From NCBI GenBank assembly GCA_002189035.1, contig NEEC01000002.1, positions 6,262,001 to 6,326,000 on the forward strand: DNA of 64,000 nt, read 5' to 3'. Numbering within the stretch: the stretch's first letter is position 1; every line of letters begins with the position of its first letter. Shown piece by piece: positions 49,737 to 61,569 of the stretch. The position numbers and the translations under genes are program-made. Under the pieces are notes generated by a model. That model searched no databases. It had not been told where the DNA came from and saw nothing but the letters and a program-made list of their open reading frames with translations. This DNA is from Utricularia gibba (lineage: Eukaryota; Plantae; Magnoliophyta).

Positions 49737-50386
49737 ATGGCACCCAGGAGTGAAAAGAAGAAGAAGAAGAAGAACCCATTCTCCGATTGCGGCCTGGACA
49801 AATTCAGAGCACTCTTAGCTGATCTTGATCACGAGAAACAGAGGATTTACAGAGAGAATGGAGCTAAAGATGTCGCCTTTATCCGCTTTGTCTATTCCGA
49901 GGTTTCCCAGAAAGTTAAGCCCATTATTGTCAAGGCAAAGAAGCAGAAGGAGAAGCCACAGAACGACAACAATCTTAGTTATCTGAAACGACCCCTAGAG
50001 GAACTGGAGATGGTATCATAAATCCTTCTTCAGTAGCAGCTGCATCACGCAATGAAATTTCAGAAGAAGGGCGTGGAGCTGTTCCAGAGAAGAAGATGGA
50101 AAAAGGGAAGTCACGAATACCAGAAGAGTTGAGAAAGTTATGCTGCAGAGTTCTTGCAGTTTTGGTGATGATTCTGCTGTTTCTAGCGATCCAAGGGCGT
50201 TTATTTGCAATTCTCTGTACTTCAATGGCGTGGTACTGTGTGCCCACCCTGTTAGCAGAGAAAGCATCAACTGGGAAGAAACCAGAAAAGCAATCGGGTT
50301 GCAAACCAGAGATAGCAAACATGGCTCGCGGTTACCATTTTCTCCGACAAGTAAAAACAGAGGATGATATGCTGTTGAAGAAGTAG
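49737..50386 (+). CDS. ZCF37: ZCF37-like plant membrane protein, intronless; -1 frameshift at C4 run 49992-49995
   Basis: NPFSDCGLDKFRALLADL..EKQRIY and FVYS..PIIVK in frame 1. Transmembrane segment VMILLFLAIQGRLFAILCTSMAWYCVPTL in the shifted frame (offset 359 nt, needs 360). Confidence 0.75.
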
Positions 50387-50768
50387 CATCATTATGCTTG
50401 TACACATTCTTGTCCCTTGATTTTGTAAATGACGATTCAGATTTGTCCACGTAGTTCATGACGTGTATCTGACGTATAAAATGTATATTCGAAAAAAGTT
50501 CTTTCTTTTCTTGTTCCCGCAGAAATCTCTTCACGTCAACAGACGCTGAGATTACCAGTGCGCAGAAAAAATCGACTTTCATGGATACAAGTTTCTCCGA
50601 TTCGATTGCGTTCTTTCGCGTATTTCGTTGCTGCTACTCGTTTTTCGTCAAAGATTATCCGGCGGGTTGTTCTAATTTTACGTGTTTCAACGTTGCGTAC
50701 TCCTGAGTTTTGAACTCAAAAATTCAGGAATTTTTTTTAGCTATTGGGGGTTTTGCCTTTCGATTGTC

Positions 50769-53334
50769 ATGGGAAAAAGTAAGTTCGGCTTCCCACCTTT
50801 TCCTTGGTTACTAAGATTGTTTTTGGATATCGCCGAGTTACTTGTTTACCTTCCTACACGTGCTGAAAATGGTTTTTTCGTAGTTCTTTAGGTCACCTTT
50901 TCTTGGACAATGATTTTTTTTTCTTGGAAATTGGGATGATTTCAGGGAATTCTCAAAGAAAAAGTGCTGCTGTTCTGGAGGCTGAGGAAACGGATAGCGT
51001 TTGCTCATCTGCGTCGTCATCCATGAGCTCCCATGTACCGGAGCATGGAACTGATGAGGTGCAGGTAGATAAAGGAGAAGTGCTTGATCGATGCTTAGAT
51101 GCTTTGTATGAAAAGAGGTAATTTTTCTATTGAAGTCATATAATCTGTATTAGGGAGTTCCTGGGGTAATATTTGATAGGACACTTTGAGGGTTTCTATT
51201 ATGCCCAACATCTTGATTCACCTTATGGACTTATAAATTATTATTCTGTTGGTTAATGGCAGAGGATCTATCAGAGAGAAGGGTTTGGAGATGATTATTC
51301 AAACTTTTAATGGCAGCTTACAGCATGATTTTGTGGAGGAGAAGTACGTATCATTTTCTGCAATTATCTTCTTATTTGTTGTTTTATCGAGGATTAGAGA
51401 TAAACATATAAGAGAATTTTGACTGATGTTTCTTCTTGATTTGTAAAAGATGCAAATTTTTTGTATCAACCTCTTATGTTTATTTCCCTGTTCTCTCTCC
51501 AGATTTGCTACAATGTTACACCAGTGCTTGAACTCGATCAAAAAGGGATCTGTGACAGAAGTGGCTTTAGCATCTTATGCTATAGGTTCTTGCTTATTTC
51601 TTTGCATATTGCTATTTGTGTTTGGTGTTCCATTTATTCTTGGACAGTCACCATTTTCTTTTTTCTGTAGGGCTTTTAGCTTTGACCACAGGTCCCGGGC
51701 AGAAATCAGAGGAGATCTTGAAGGAATCTATTAGTCCCATCTCAGATGCTCTTAGGTCTCACTCCCAGGCCCCTAAGATGTCATCGGTACTTTTTTTTTT
51801 TGTTTTTTTGCTCTTTGATTAAAAATTTTCTTTTAAAATCTTTAGATGACTCACCTTGCATCTTTTGGAAATGTTTTCTGTGCATGCAGTTGATGGAGTC
51901 TTTAGCTGTCAGCACTTTTGTTGGTGGGGAAGAAACAGAACAAATAGAGAAGTCAATGCATATAATGTGGCAAGTGGCTAACCCGAAATTGGGTCCCAGG
52001 GTAAGAACCTTCTTTTATTAAAACATGGTGCATATATACTAATCAGGATTCAGTTTAAGAGATTTATGTTGCTCTTTATGATTCAGGTGGCTTCCATCAA
52101 ATTGGCGCCCTCAGTGATAGCAACAGCCGTCTCTGCCTGGTCATTCTTGCTGACTACCGTATCTGGCAGTGCACTTAACCCAAAGAGTTGGCAAGAGTTC
52201 GTATTTGTTATCCTGAAAACTTGTTTTAAGTTGCTTCTTTTCCTTGCTTCTGGTTCATTAAGTGCTTGTTTCTTCATCAGGTCAGTTTCTTTCCTTTCCA
52301 TCCTGCTGGACAAGGATGACAGATTACTTCGAATGGTTGCTGGTGAAGCGCTTGCTTTGATATTTGAAATTGGAAACCTTGAAAAGTTTTGTGGAGATAA
52401 TAAAGGATCCATAGAGACTTCCACTAATGACGATTCCCGAAAATTGATGCACATTCATGGATTGAAGAATAAGGTCCTTAACCAAGTAAGAGGCCTCTCT
52501 ACTGAGGCAGGCGGAAAAGGTAGTGCAAAGAAGGATCTGAATAATCAACGGAACACGTTCCGAGACATCTTAGATTTCTTTGAGGTAAGTTGCTGTGCAA
52601 ACACTCTCTCGTTATTCTATTGGTTTTTGAGAAACTATGCATGGTATTTTCCAGAATGGTTATGCTCCAGAGGTCTCTACAAAAATCGGTGGAGATTCTT
52701 TATACATAAGCACGTGGGCTCAATTGATTCAGGTTCACAGCCTTTTGTAGTTCCAAATGCTGTTCAATAGTTCTTAATATAATGTCCTGTCTGCATGCCC
52801 AACTTGTAGCTGAACTTCCTGAAGCACTTTCTTGGTGGAGGATTCGTGAAACATATGCAGGTTCGCTTCGTTCTCTTTCCTCTTCTTACCCCCTACCTCA
52901 TGGTGTATTCTATCATAGATGCAATGAGCCAACCATGTATGCAATCTATTGGCAGGACAACCAATTTCTTCATGATGTCTTTGATTTCACGCCCAAGAAA
53001 AAGTTCCTCTCATCTGATGACACTCGTCTTTCCCAAATGGACAAGGTTCTCTCTTTTGCCCATCAACATTTTCCCGCCATTATCAGGTCCAACAAGAAGG
53101 CAATTTGATCATTACGTGTCATCCGTGAGTTTGACAGAGGGTGTACAGGTCCCCCAATTCAGTCCTCAACAAGGCCCGAACACAACACCTCAACAAACAG
53201 AGAATGCTCTCCCAGGTACTTGATCCACTCCATTTCTTGTACGTAGCGAGTTGGAGCCCAACATCGACATTTGCAATTTTTCTTGTTTGTAGGATAAGAA
53301 TGCTGGCCATTTTGCGCCTGGTCACGACAACTGA
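50769..53334 (+). CDS. SAT32: Interferon-related developmental regulator (IFRD) family protein, SAT32-like; multi-exon
   Basis: MGKRNSQRK...LDALYEKR, LHQCLNSIKKGS.TEVALASYAIG, AWSFLLT, LDKDDRLLRMVAGEALALIFE, STWAQLIQLNFLKHFLGGGFVKHMQ, YRSPNSVLNKARTQ. Canonical splice sites; stop at 53334. Confidence 0.9.
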
Positions 53335-53718
53335 ACCCAACAAAAATATCACGACGAGCTACATAAAGCTGCATTTGCATGAAGGTCGGACACAGCATGG
53401 CTTCCCTGTCTTTTGTTTTTCCCTTGTGAATCTGATTGAAATGATGGGTAATGATAGCATTTATAGATTACCCGTTATGGCATAAAAAAGTTCATGTTTT
53501 TCAATCCTTTTACACAACAAAAATGATGAGTTTGCCGTTCTTCCTGTATATGAGAATTTACTCTGGCAATTCATGAATAAAGATGATATTTTGAATGTAC
53601 ACAAAATATTTAAATTTCCAATTTTGCCAATGCTGGTTTCGAGATGTGCAGAAAGTGGGCATAGGTACATTATACTTCTAATTCAATGAACTACAGGGAG
53701 CCTTAGAACTGGCTTCTT

Positions 53719-54448
53719 CTAAGGAGAGACATACTGATCACCTTGGCTTGGAGGAGGACAAGGTTGTGGGATGAAAGGCATTAAAGGAACCTCATGCTGG
53801 ATCGGCCCGGGGCGGATAGCATTCTTGGAGATTGGAACCGGGTCGATGGGCCGGTAGTCGTCCAAGTTGAACGTCTCTTCACCTTCCACTGAGCCACCGT
53901 TGCTGCTTCCATGTACCTGCAAGCAAAGAGGATGAGGAAGCTCCTCGGCGTCTTTGTAATGGATCATTATATATCAGCATATGCAACGAACTTCTGGTGC
54001 TGCTGTCGGTTTCTACTGCCTATGCAAGATATGCATGGGTGATGGGTGGATTTTGAGCAAATGCTCAAGGTCTCTTTTGAAGCGCAGATTGCTGCCGAGT
54101 AGACAAACTTTGATCCATGAATGGAATCCTTGTGTATAGTTGCTGGGTATATATACCTTGAGTTTGTGGCTCTCATTTTCAGCTGTCTGAGGACTGTTGG
54201 TGCTGCTGCCCATGGAAACCGCAACTGGGAAACCAAAGAATTTTGGAGTTTGATTCATAGGAGCTCTGTATTTAACAGTATGCCAAGTTTGCAGTTTGGT
54301 AATGGCGAAAGTTTCACCAAATCCCAAGTTCCTAAAATCATAAAGAAAGATGCCCAGAAAACGCAGTACTGTGAAACTTACCATAAGTCAAGGAAAATGC
54401 GCAACAGATGATGGAGAACAGGAGCCATTTTCCAGACCAGTGCTTCAT
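53719..54448 (-). CDS. TWS1: TWISTED SEED1/CIF-family sulfated peptide precursor; 3 exons proposed
   Basis: Last exon 53916-53719 encodes DDYRPIDPVPISKNAIRPGPIQHEVPLMPFIP, similar to recalled TWS1 DYNFPVDPTPTTKASIKPGPIEHGTPLNPYIP. The signal-peptide exon 54448-54382 (MKHWSGKWLLFSIICCAFSLTYG) needs a 50-nt intron and +1 base at 54323-54325. An alternative ATG at 54384 needs no correction. Confidence 0.75.
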
Positions 54449-54863
54449 GTTTGAACCCAGAAGAGGCCACTTCTCACAAAGAAACGCTTTTAATCACAAT
54501 ATTGATCTAAAAACTCACCAGCCCGGTTTCAAATCATGAGAAAAAAACTGGTTAGTTACCCAAATGCAGAAGGATCATGTGCTCTTGCTGTCACCACAGG
54601 CACCGTTCAAGTTGCAGAGAAATAAAAGCAGAAGAAAGCATTGAATAGTTACAAGATATTCACAATTGCGTTGCAGGGATGGGTTTAAATATTTTCATCG
54701 GGAAGGACAAACGTAACCTCTGAGTGCTGTGGAACTCGGGCACTTCTCCCGAATCCCTTCTCTTTATTTCTTTCCCCTTCTGCAAATTGGTGCCTTCCCA
54801 ATGACACGTATTCTGAGTTCATAGTGTCTGAAGCTACTAAACTAAATACATTTTGAACAAAGT

Positions 54864-55160
54864 TCAGTTCTTCAGAATCCCAACTTTAAATGAAGCAGAT
54901 TCGACCTTTGAACAACGGCGAGTAATATTTGAATCATTCCTCTTCAACAAGTCCCAAAACACATGAACATCGTCGTGCTCGCATATTCTAACATCTTTCC
55001 AAGTTTCACCCGGCCTGAGAAAAGTTCCAAACTTCAACGTATTTTTCATGTATCATCAATGTCCCTGAAAAAAAGTTTCGATATTGATGCGTTGCTGGGT
55101 TCGCGGCGGTTACGTAATGTAACCGGCACCCAGATTCTCAATCACCGGAAAATGATCCGA
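54864..55160 (-). CDS. Small uncharacterised plant protein (KL..DVR.CE..DVHV.W..L family); possibly degenerate
   Basis: Exon after TTTCTCAG encodes GRVKLGKDVRICEHDDVHVFWDLLKRN if one G is restored near 54999. The 5' exon is not cleanly reconstructable. Confidence 0.45.
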
Positions 55161-56887
55161 GAGAGATCACTTGACCAGGGCCCGGCGATTCTGAAGGAAA
55201 GAAAGCTCTGGCCCGAATCAGCTGTGTAGTCGGGAAATGACATTTTAATTCGGTTAATTCCCATAAAAATAAAAGAAATGATAAAATTTATATATATTTA
55301 ATAAAAAAAGTTGGTTAAAAATGATTACTTATGATATATTTTAATATAAAGTTTCTAATTAAATGTATATAAATATATTAAAATATCCGTATTATTTAAA
55401 TGAAATTGATAATTGAACATAAGTTTATTGGTATAAAGCATATAATTGATTAATGAATCTTTCCAATAAATATTGTATATTTTAATTAGTATTTCAATAT
55501 TTGAGATTTAATGTAAAGTTTGATTAATTCAATGAAATTTTATGATTTTTTGTGTTTGATTTAATAATTTTTATAAAAAAAATTAAATTTAACGAATTAT
55601 TTTTAGTTTTTCTAATGTTTTCACTAATTCAATTTATTACATTATAAAAATAATTTAACTGAAAACAATAAATTAATTAAAAATAAATGTATTAATCCAA
55701 TTTTAAAACATTGACTTTAATAGCAATCATATATTAAATATTTATTTTTTTTCATTGGCAAGATATCTAATATATGGTATTGTATATTATTTTTTAATCA
55801 AAATCTTTATTAATACGTGTTAAATGACTTTTTTAAAAGGATAATTTAATATATGTCAAGATAATAGATAATATATTTGTATTTTATATTATAGATTTGT
55901 ATATATTAATGCACTTTCTTTTTCTTTCGTTGCCTGTTTTTCCACACCGGGAGATAGTATACTCGCCGTCGGAGCAGGATTCATTCTCCGCGTGTTTCTG
56001 TGGATACTTGTTCCCGTTTTGTGGTATCTGATCTAGAAATGCTACGAATATTCATTTTTATTTTTCTCGATTTTGTTCGGAAGGTTGTTGGGTTAAGCGA
56101 TTTGTAGGGTTGGATAGCTTCATATGCTTATGCTTGTGTTCGAGAAAAGTGTTGAATTTTCGGAGTATTTCTTTAATTGAAGGTTTCTTTTATGCAATGT
56201 TTCTGATGCTTTTCGTTTTGTTTTTATTTGCCTACCAAGTGTTCGGAGAAATGCGTCGCGGGTGATTGAATTGGAGTGTCTTGTGTTTATTTATAAGGAA
56301 TTATGTTGAAAATTTAACCTCGGAGGAGTTAAGTCGATCAAGGAGCTTTGCTGCTATCTGTGGGAACAGGCGTTCAAGGAGACTGGGTTCAGGAAACATA
56401 GTCTCGAGTTGCTTCAGCATCATATTTTCTCGGTCCGCAAGAACCTGAGGGAAGGCGCCTTCCTGCAGTAAGCACGCTAGGAACTTAATGGTGGATTATT
56501 GTATTGTTTTTTCGCTTTCATTCCGTTTTTGATTTGTTTGTTTGCTTAATTACAAATCAGTTCTGCCCTGGGTACCTATGGCTGGGATGTAGTGGGCTTT
56601 AAAATTGTGTGTTCTTTGTGCCCTACTTCTTTTCTATGTATGTATCATTTTCTTAGATGAAGGGTAAAAGATCAAGGGTTCAGATTCCCGAGATTGTGAA
56701 TTGGGGGTGGGTTTAGTAGTGGTTCATGTAGCTTAGCCACATTTAGAAAAAAGAGCTTCACACTTCATGTATGCTTTGTTCATTTTTCTTTTCATGCCAG
56801 ACGATAGCATCGTTTTGTGTCAGAGGGGATAAATGTTGAACTTCTCAAACTAAGGTGGTGCTCGCATTTTGATATAGATCATTTGCG

Positions 56888-59800
56888 ATGCCATTTTCTG
56901 AAACGGTGGAACAGGGCCTTGATCCTTTGGTAAAATTCCTCGAAGAAGATGAGGTCTCACCCTTCCCTTCATGTTTGTATTCTACCTTCTGGGTAGGTTA
57001 TTCATGTTTGATTGAAATATTTGCTGGTTTCATAGGATGAAATGTTGCATTCTGGGGCAGATGTGGACGCATTCACTGCTGAATTGAACAGGGACATTGA
57101 AGGGACTAATTGTGCCCCACCGCAGTCTTCTGAGGTGGATAATGGTAGTAACAATTTTATAAACCAGTACATACATTAGAACTTTCCTATGCTTATGTTT
57201 CATGTTTATATTTTGAGACATAACCATTTAGTCGTAGGAGGCATAACAGATCATTGAGGAAAAATATGAATAAACTGGTATGTTCATGTAACTAATTAGT
57301 TGGCATAAAATTTTCTACTCTATAACTGCAAGCTTTTTTCTTGGTTACCTCCCTTTGGGATTCGCCAATTCAGGCAGGACTGATTTTATTGTCTCCTTAC
57401 ACGCAGCTGAAATAAAACTTCTAGAATGACAAGTGGTTTTCTTGGTTTGATGAATTTTAATCACTCATGCGCATGGATTATTTTTTTAAATGTCAATTAA
57501 TTTAAAGATAATCATGCACTATGCATGTGATCCAACAACTGTAGCTGTCTTATCTCCAGAAAGTGGTTCAACAACTGGTCACGTTCTTCCACATTGGGAA
57601 ACATCCGGTGATGATGAAAATGTTAATTTCCAAAGCCATCGGAGCATTATAGGTAATGAGGAGAAGAGCAATCTCTCTTCTCATGTTGAGCTGCAACAAA
57701 ATGCATCGGAGTCTGATGAAAGGCAACAGGATAGCGCTTCTTTGCCTCCTGACGGATCCATCCATAGAGGGCCTCAACTGCCAGATGAACAGAAAAGCTA
57801 CTTTGTACCCCATTCAGTTGATGGTATTCAAACTGGACAGCACCTTTCACACATTCAGGATCAAGATTCTAAATCCAACATCAAAATAGAGCCGCAGATG
57901 CATATGCTTCAAAATCCTGCATCCGTAGGCACATCAAAGGATCAGCAGTCCTTTTCAACAGAGCAAGCCATCCAGCAAAATACAAGCTTGGGAATCAGTG
58001 AGGAGAAGGTTATACCAACGGTGAGTCGGCATGCTACTGGGATGGGCATGAGTACTCACCCTCCCATGCCAGGTAGCAATCAACAGTCGGGCACCACTTT
58101 GAGACTGAATAAGCAAGTGCCTTTTGGCATGCTGCTTCCTATTATCCAACCCCAGCTTGACAAGGACAGAGCTATGCAGCTTCAAACTCTGTATGTTAAA
58201 CTGAAGGTCGTGTCCGGTAGTTCATAGCTGTACAAGGAATAGTATCTTGGCATATAATTTTCTCTTTCAGAATGACTAACTGATTGTAGTCTGAAGTATT
58301 GTACTGTGCTCACAGAAAAATGAGATTTCGAAGGATGGCTTTGTGCGTAACATGAGAAGTATTGTGGGAGATCAGATGTTAAAGATGGCGGTATACAAAC
58401 TACAGACTCAGGTTGGCGATTCTTACCTTGCTCAATAGTGCCAGTATGAATAAGTGCAGTGAACTGTGGACAACAAATCAGGCTACTAGGGACTCTCAGC
58501 CGACCTCAAGTCAATTTCAGCCTCCAATGCAGCAGGCCCCTCCACGGCAAATGCAGATTCCATCAAGTACACATCGTTTTGAATAACTAGTCTCTTTAGC
58601 TGGAATTCATCATGCTCATTTACTCTTTTCCCTTTTCCCTAGCACCAAACAGCCAACCTGACTCAAGAAATATGCAAGGAGGACAGATGCCGTCTTCCAA
58701 TGCAGCTACTTTTAGTCAAGACAGGAGGCACCCTGCCTTTCCAACACAGGGGATTAACAGGCAGCAACAGGCACACTTCCCTCATACTCTCACTCAATAT
58801 GTTCTTCTGGAAGTGGTTCCTTACGGCCCTTGCCTTCTCTTCGAACTGTATCCTATGATTCTCAGATAAGGCCTACATCTCACCCAAGCATGACTGTCAA
58901 TAGTGTGGGACCTGCATCCCAGGACGTGAATGTGATGAACATGCCTAAATTTGACTGGGCTGTCAGTGATTCTAAGAAACCCCAGGAGGTAAGTCTTACC
59001 CAGACCAAGATCACTATTCTTATTCAGCAGAATCAGAGTCATCGGCCACTGTCCTCAGGACATGGTAAGCAATAACCATCTGATCAATAAAATGAAAATT
59101 TTGACACACAGGCATCTAGAGTGGCAATGTTACCAACAGCCATAAGCTCTATTCCTTCGTCAGTCACAAGCCAGGTGGACAACAACATGCTGGTATTTAT
59201 CATTCTTTAGTTCCAATGTAGTGCTTTACGCCTCTTGTTGTCGTTTCTGTAGTGTGTTACTTTTTCTTTTGTGTGCTCATGTATAAAAGCATCTTATATT
59301 TCTTGCTAACACGGTGATAATTGATCACCTATTATCTTAACTGGATTTGTAATTTTCAGACCAATTCCCGAACGCCAGCCATTAGTTCTTCAATTGGGCC
59401 AGGAAATGTTTCAAAACTCACTCCCAAAAAGCCTGCTGTTGGACAGAAGAAGCCGATGGAAACACCTGTCTCCTCTCCTCCATCAAGGTGAGTTGACACA
59501 AATGGAACAAATCTATAATGCTTCTATTTTAAAATTTATTCTGAAAGAATATGTGAATATTCTATGTTCTTGTTCCGACAGTAAGAAGCAGAAGGTTTCT
59601 GGAGGCTCGATGGACCAAAGCATCGAACACCTAAATGATGTTACTGCAGTTAGTGGAGTTAATCTCAGGGTAAGTCTCCATTAGTCAACCTGTACATCTG
59701 GCTTGACGTATTGGTTCTTACTGGTATTCATGAATAGGAGGAGGAGGAGCAACTGTTTTCTGGGTCCAAAGAAGATGGACGCATTTCAGAGGCATCTAGA

Positions 59801-61189
59801 CGTGTCGTTCAAGAAGAAGAGGAGAGACTGATTCTACAAAAGATTCCACTTCAGAAGAAACTAGTAGAAATATGTCAGGACTTCATCATAGTTTGTAATT
59901 CTGCGTTCAATCAGTCCTTTTTTGGTGCTTCTTGCTGATATGCATTTTCCCCTGCAGTGGCTAAATCTGGTCTGAAAAACTTGGCCGCCGATGTGGAGCG
60001 ATGCCTGTCCTTCGTGAGCGTTTATTACCTTGCCTTTCCTTCGTACAATGCATCATCCCTTTTGTTTTCTGTAGAACCAAGCAGCCATGCATTGAATCTA
60101 CTGCATCTTGTGACTTTTCTTTTTCTTCTTTGTGCTTCAAGTGTGTCGAAGAGAGACTGCGGACACTCATATCTAATGCCGTCAGACTTTCAAAGCAGGT
60201 CAGCTAAATGCACCGGTCTCTCCATTTTCTCTTTTGAAGGACGTCTAGACTGCTCCCATATGAGATATCGCTCATTTTGCAGCGAGTGGATATCGAGAAT
60301 ACAAGACACAAGGTCACGGTCACCTCAGATGTTAGACAACAGATCCAAGCAATCAACCGTAAAGCTCGTGAGGAATTGGAGAAGAAGCAGTCCGAAAGTG
60401 AGAAGTCACAGAAGTCGAATGATGTAATCCTTCAATGCTGATGCACTGTCAAATATTTTCTGCCTATGGATATGGTTGTCTTCAGGTGTTGACATTTTCT
60501 CTTGCACAACACAGCCGGATTCTGCTTCTGGGCTTGATGGAGACAAAGACAAGGAAGAACGCGCAAGAGCAGCAAAGGTTGCTACTACTTCGGTTTTCCA
60601 TTTTCTCTAAGAAAAAAGAAATCTCATGGTTGTATGTATATACCCAGGCAAACAAGGAAGAAGATGACAAAATGCGCGCCACCGCTGCAAATGTTGCCGT
60701 TAGAGCAGCTACGGGAGGAGGTGATATGCTCTCGAGGTGGCAATTGATGATAGAGGCGAAGCAGAAACAGGGCGGATCCGACACAGCAGCGGCATCTGTT
60801 TCTCAAGCTACTAGCAATAAAGATGCACCTCGAAAAGCATCAACGGCCTCAGCTAAAAGCACGGCGGACAATCAAGAATCCGGCAAGTGCGACCACTCGG
60901 CTGCTGTTATCAACACTGGTACGTGCCACTTCTTTCTAGTCACGGAAGCACCCTCCGTATCCATTGTCTTCTTAAACCAATCTTCGTGGGTGAAACTGTC
61001 CATGCAGCTGCATCTATCAGAAAAGTGGGGAGAAACCAAGTTGTCGTTCCTCGGGTGGCTCGAAGCATCACGGTTAAGGATATGATCGCCGTGCTCGAGA
61101 GGGATCCCCAAATGTCCAAATCCATGCTGCTGTATCGTTTGTGTAATAAGGTGAGAGTGGATGAAGCAAACGTTGAACGACACAGTTGA
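56888..61189 (+). CDS. TAF4: TFIID subunit TAF4/TAF4b (RST and TAF4 domains); multi-exon, with a long intron-containing leader from ~55.9 kb
   Basis: [12 protein letters not shown]|[23 protein letters not shown]; RST domain [31 protein letters not shown]|[11 protein letters not shown]; [19 protein letters not shown]|EEEEQLF; DVERCLS; [26 protein letters not shown]; [24 protein letters not shown]. Confidence 0.93.
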
Positions 61190-61569
61190 GGTAAATTTAA
61201 GGGGATTTCCGTTCTTCGTTTGTTGTTGCAACGACGATCGGATGGGGAATTTACCTGCTTTCTGCTCTCCAAGCCTCCGGATTTTGCTATTCTCAGCCTA
61301 AAAGGTGACCGGAGACCCAGCCCGATTCACCGGCACCATCTTCATCAAAAAATCTCATTGCAAATCCGATCAGAAACTACGCAAAGAAATTCGGAAAGCT
61401 TGCGCAGAACCGAATCGAATCTGTGACAAACCAATCCGATGCCGTTTTCAGTGAAGTTACTTCCGATCTCAACATCAACGTGAAACTGCGTATCCCGTTT
61501 TCAGTTTACTGGCTGAAAATGGCGTTGGGTTGAAGAGAAGAAGGATTTTGGTAAAAGAACCTGTAAGGA

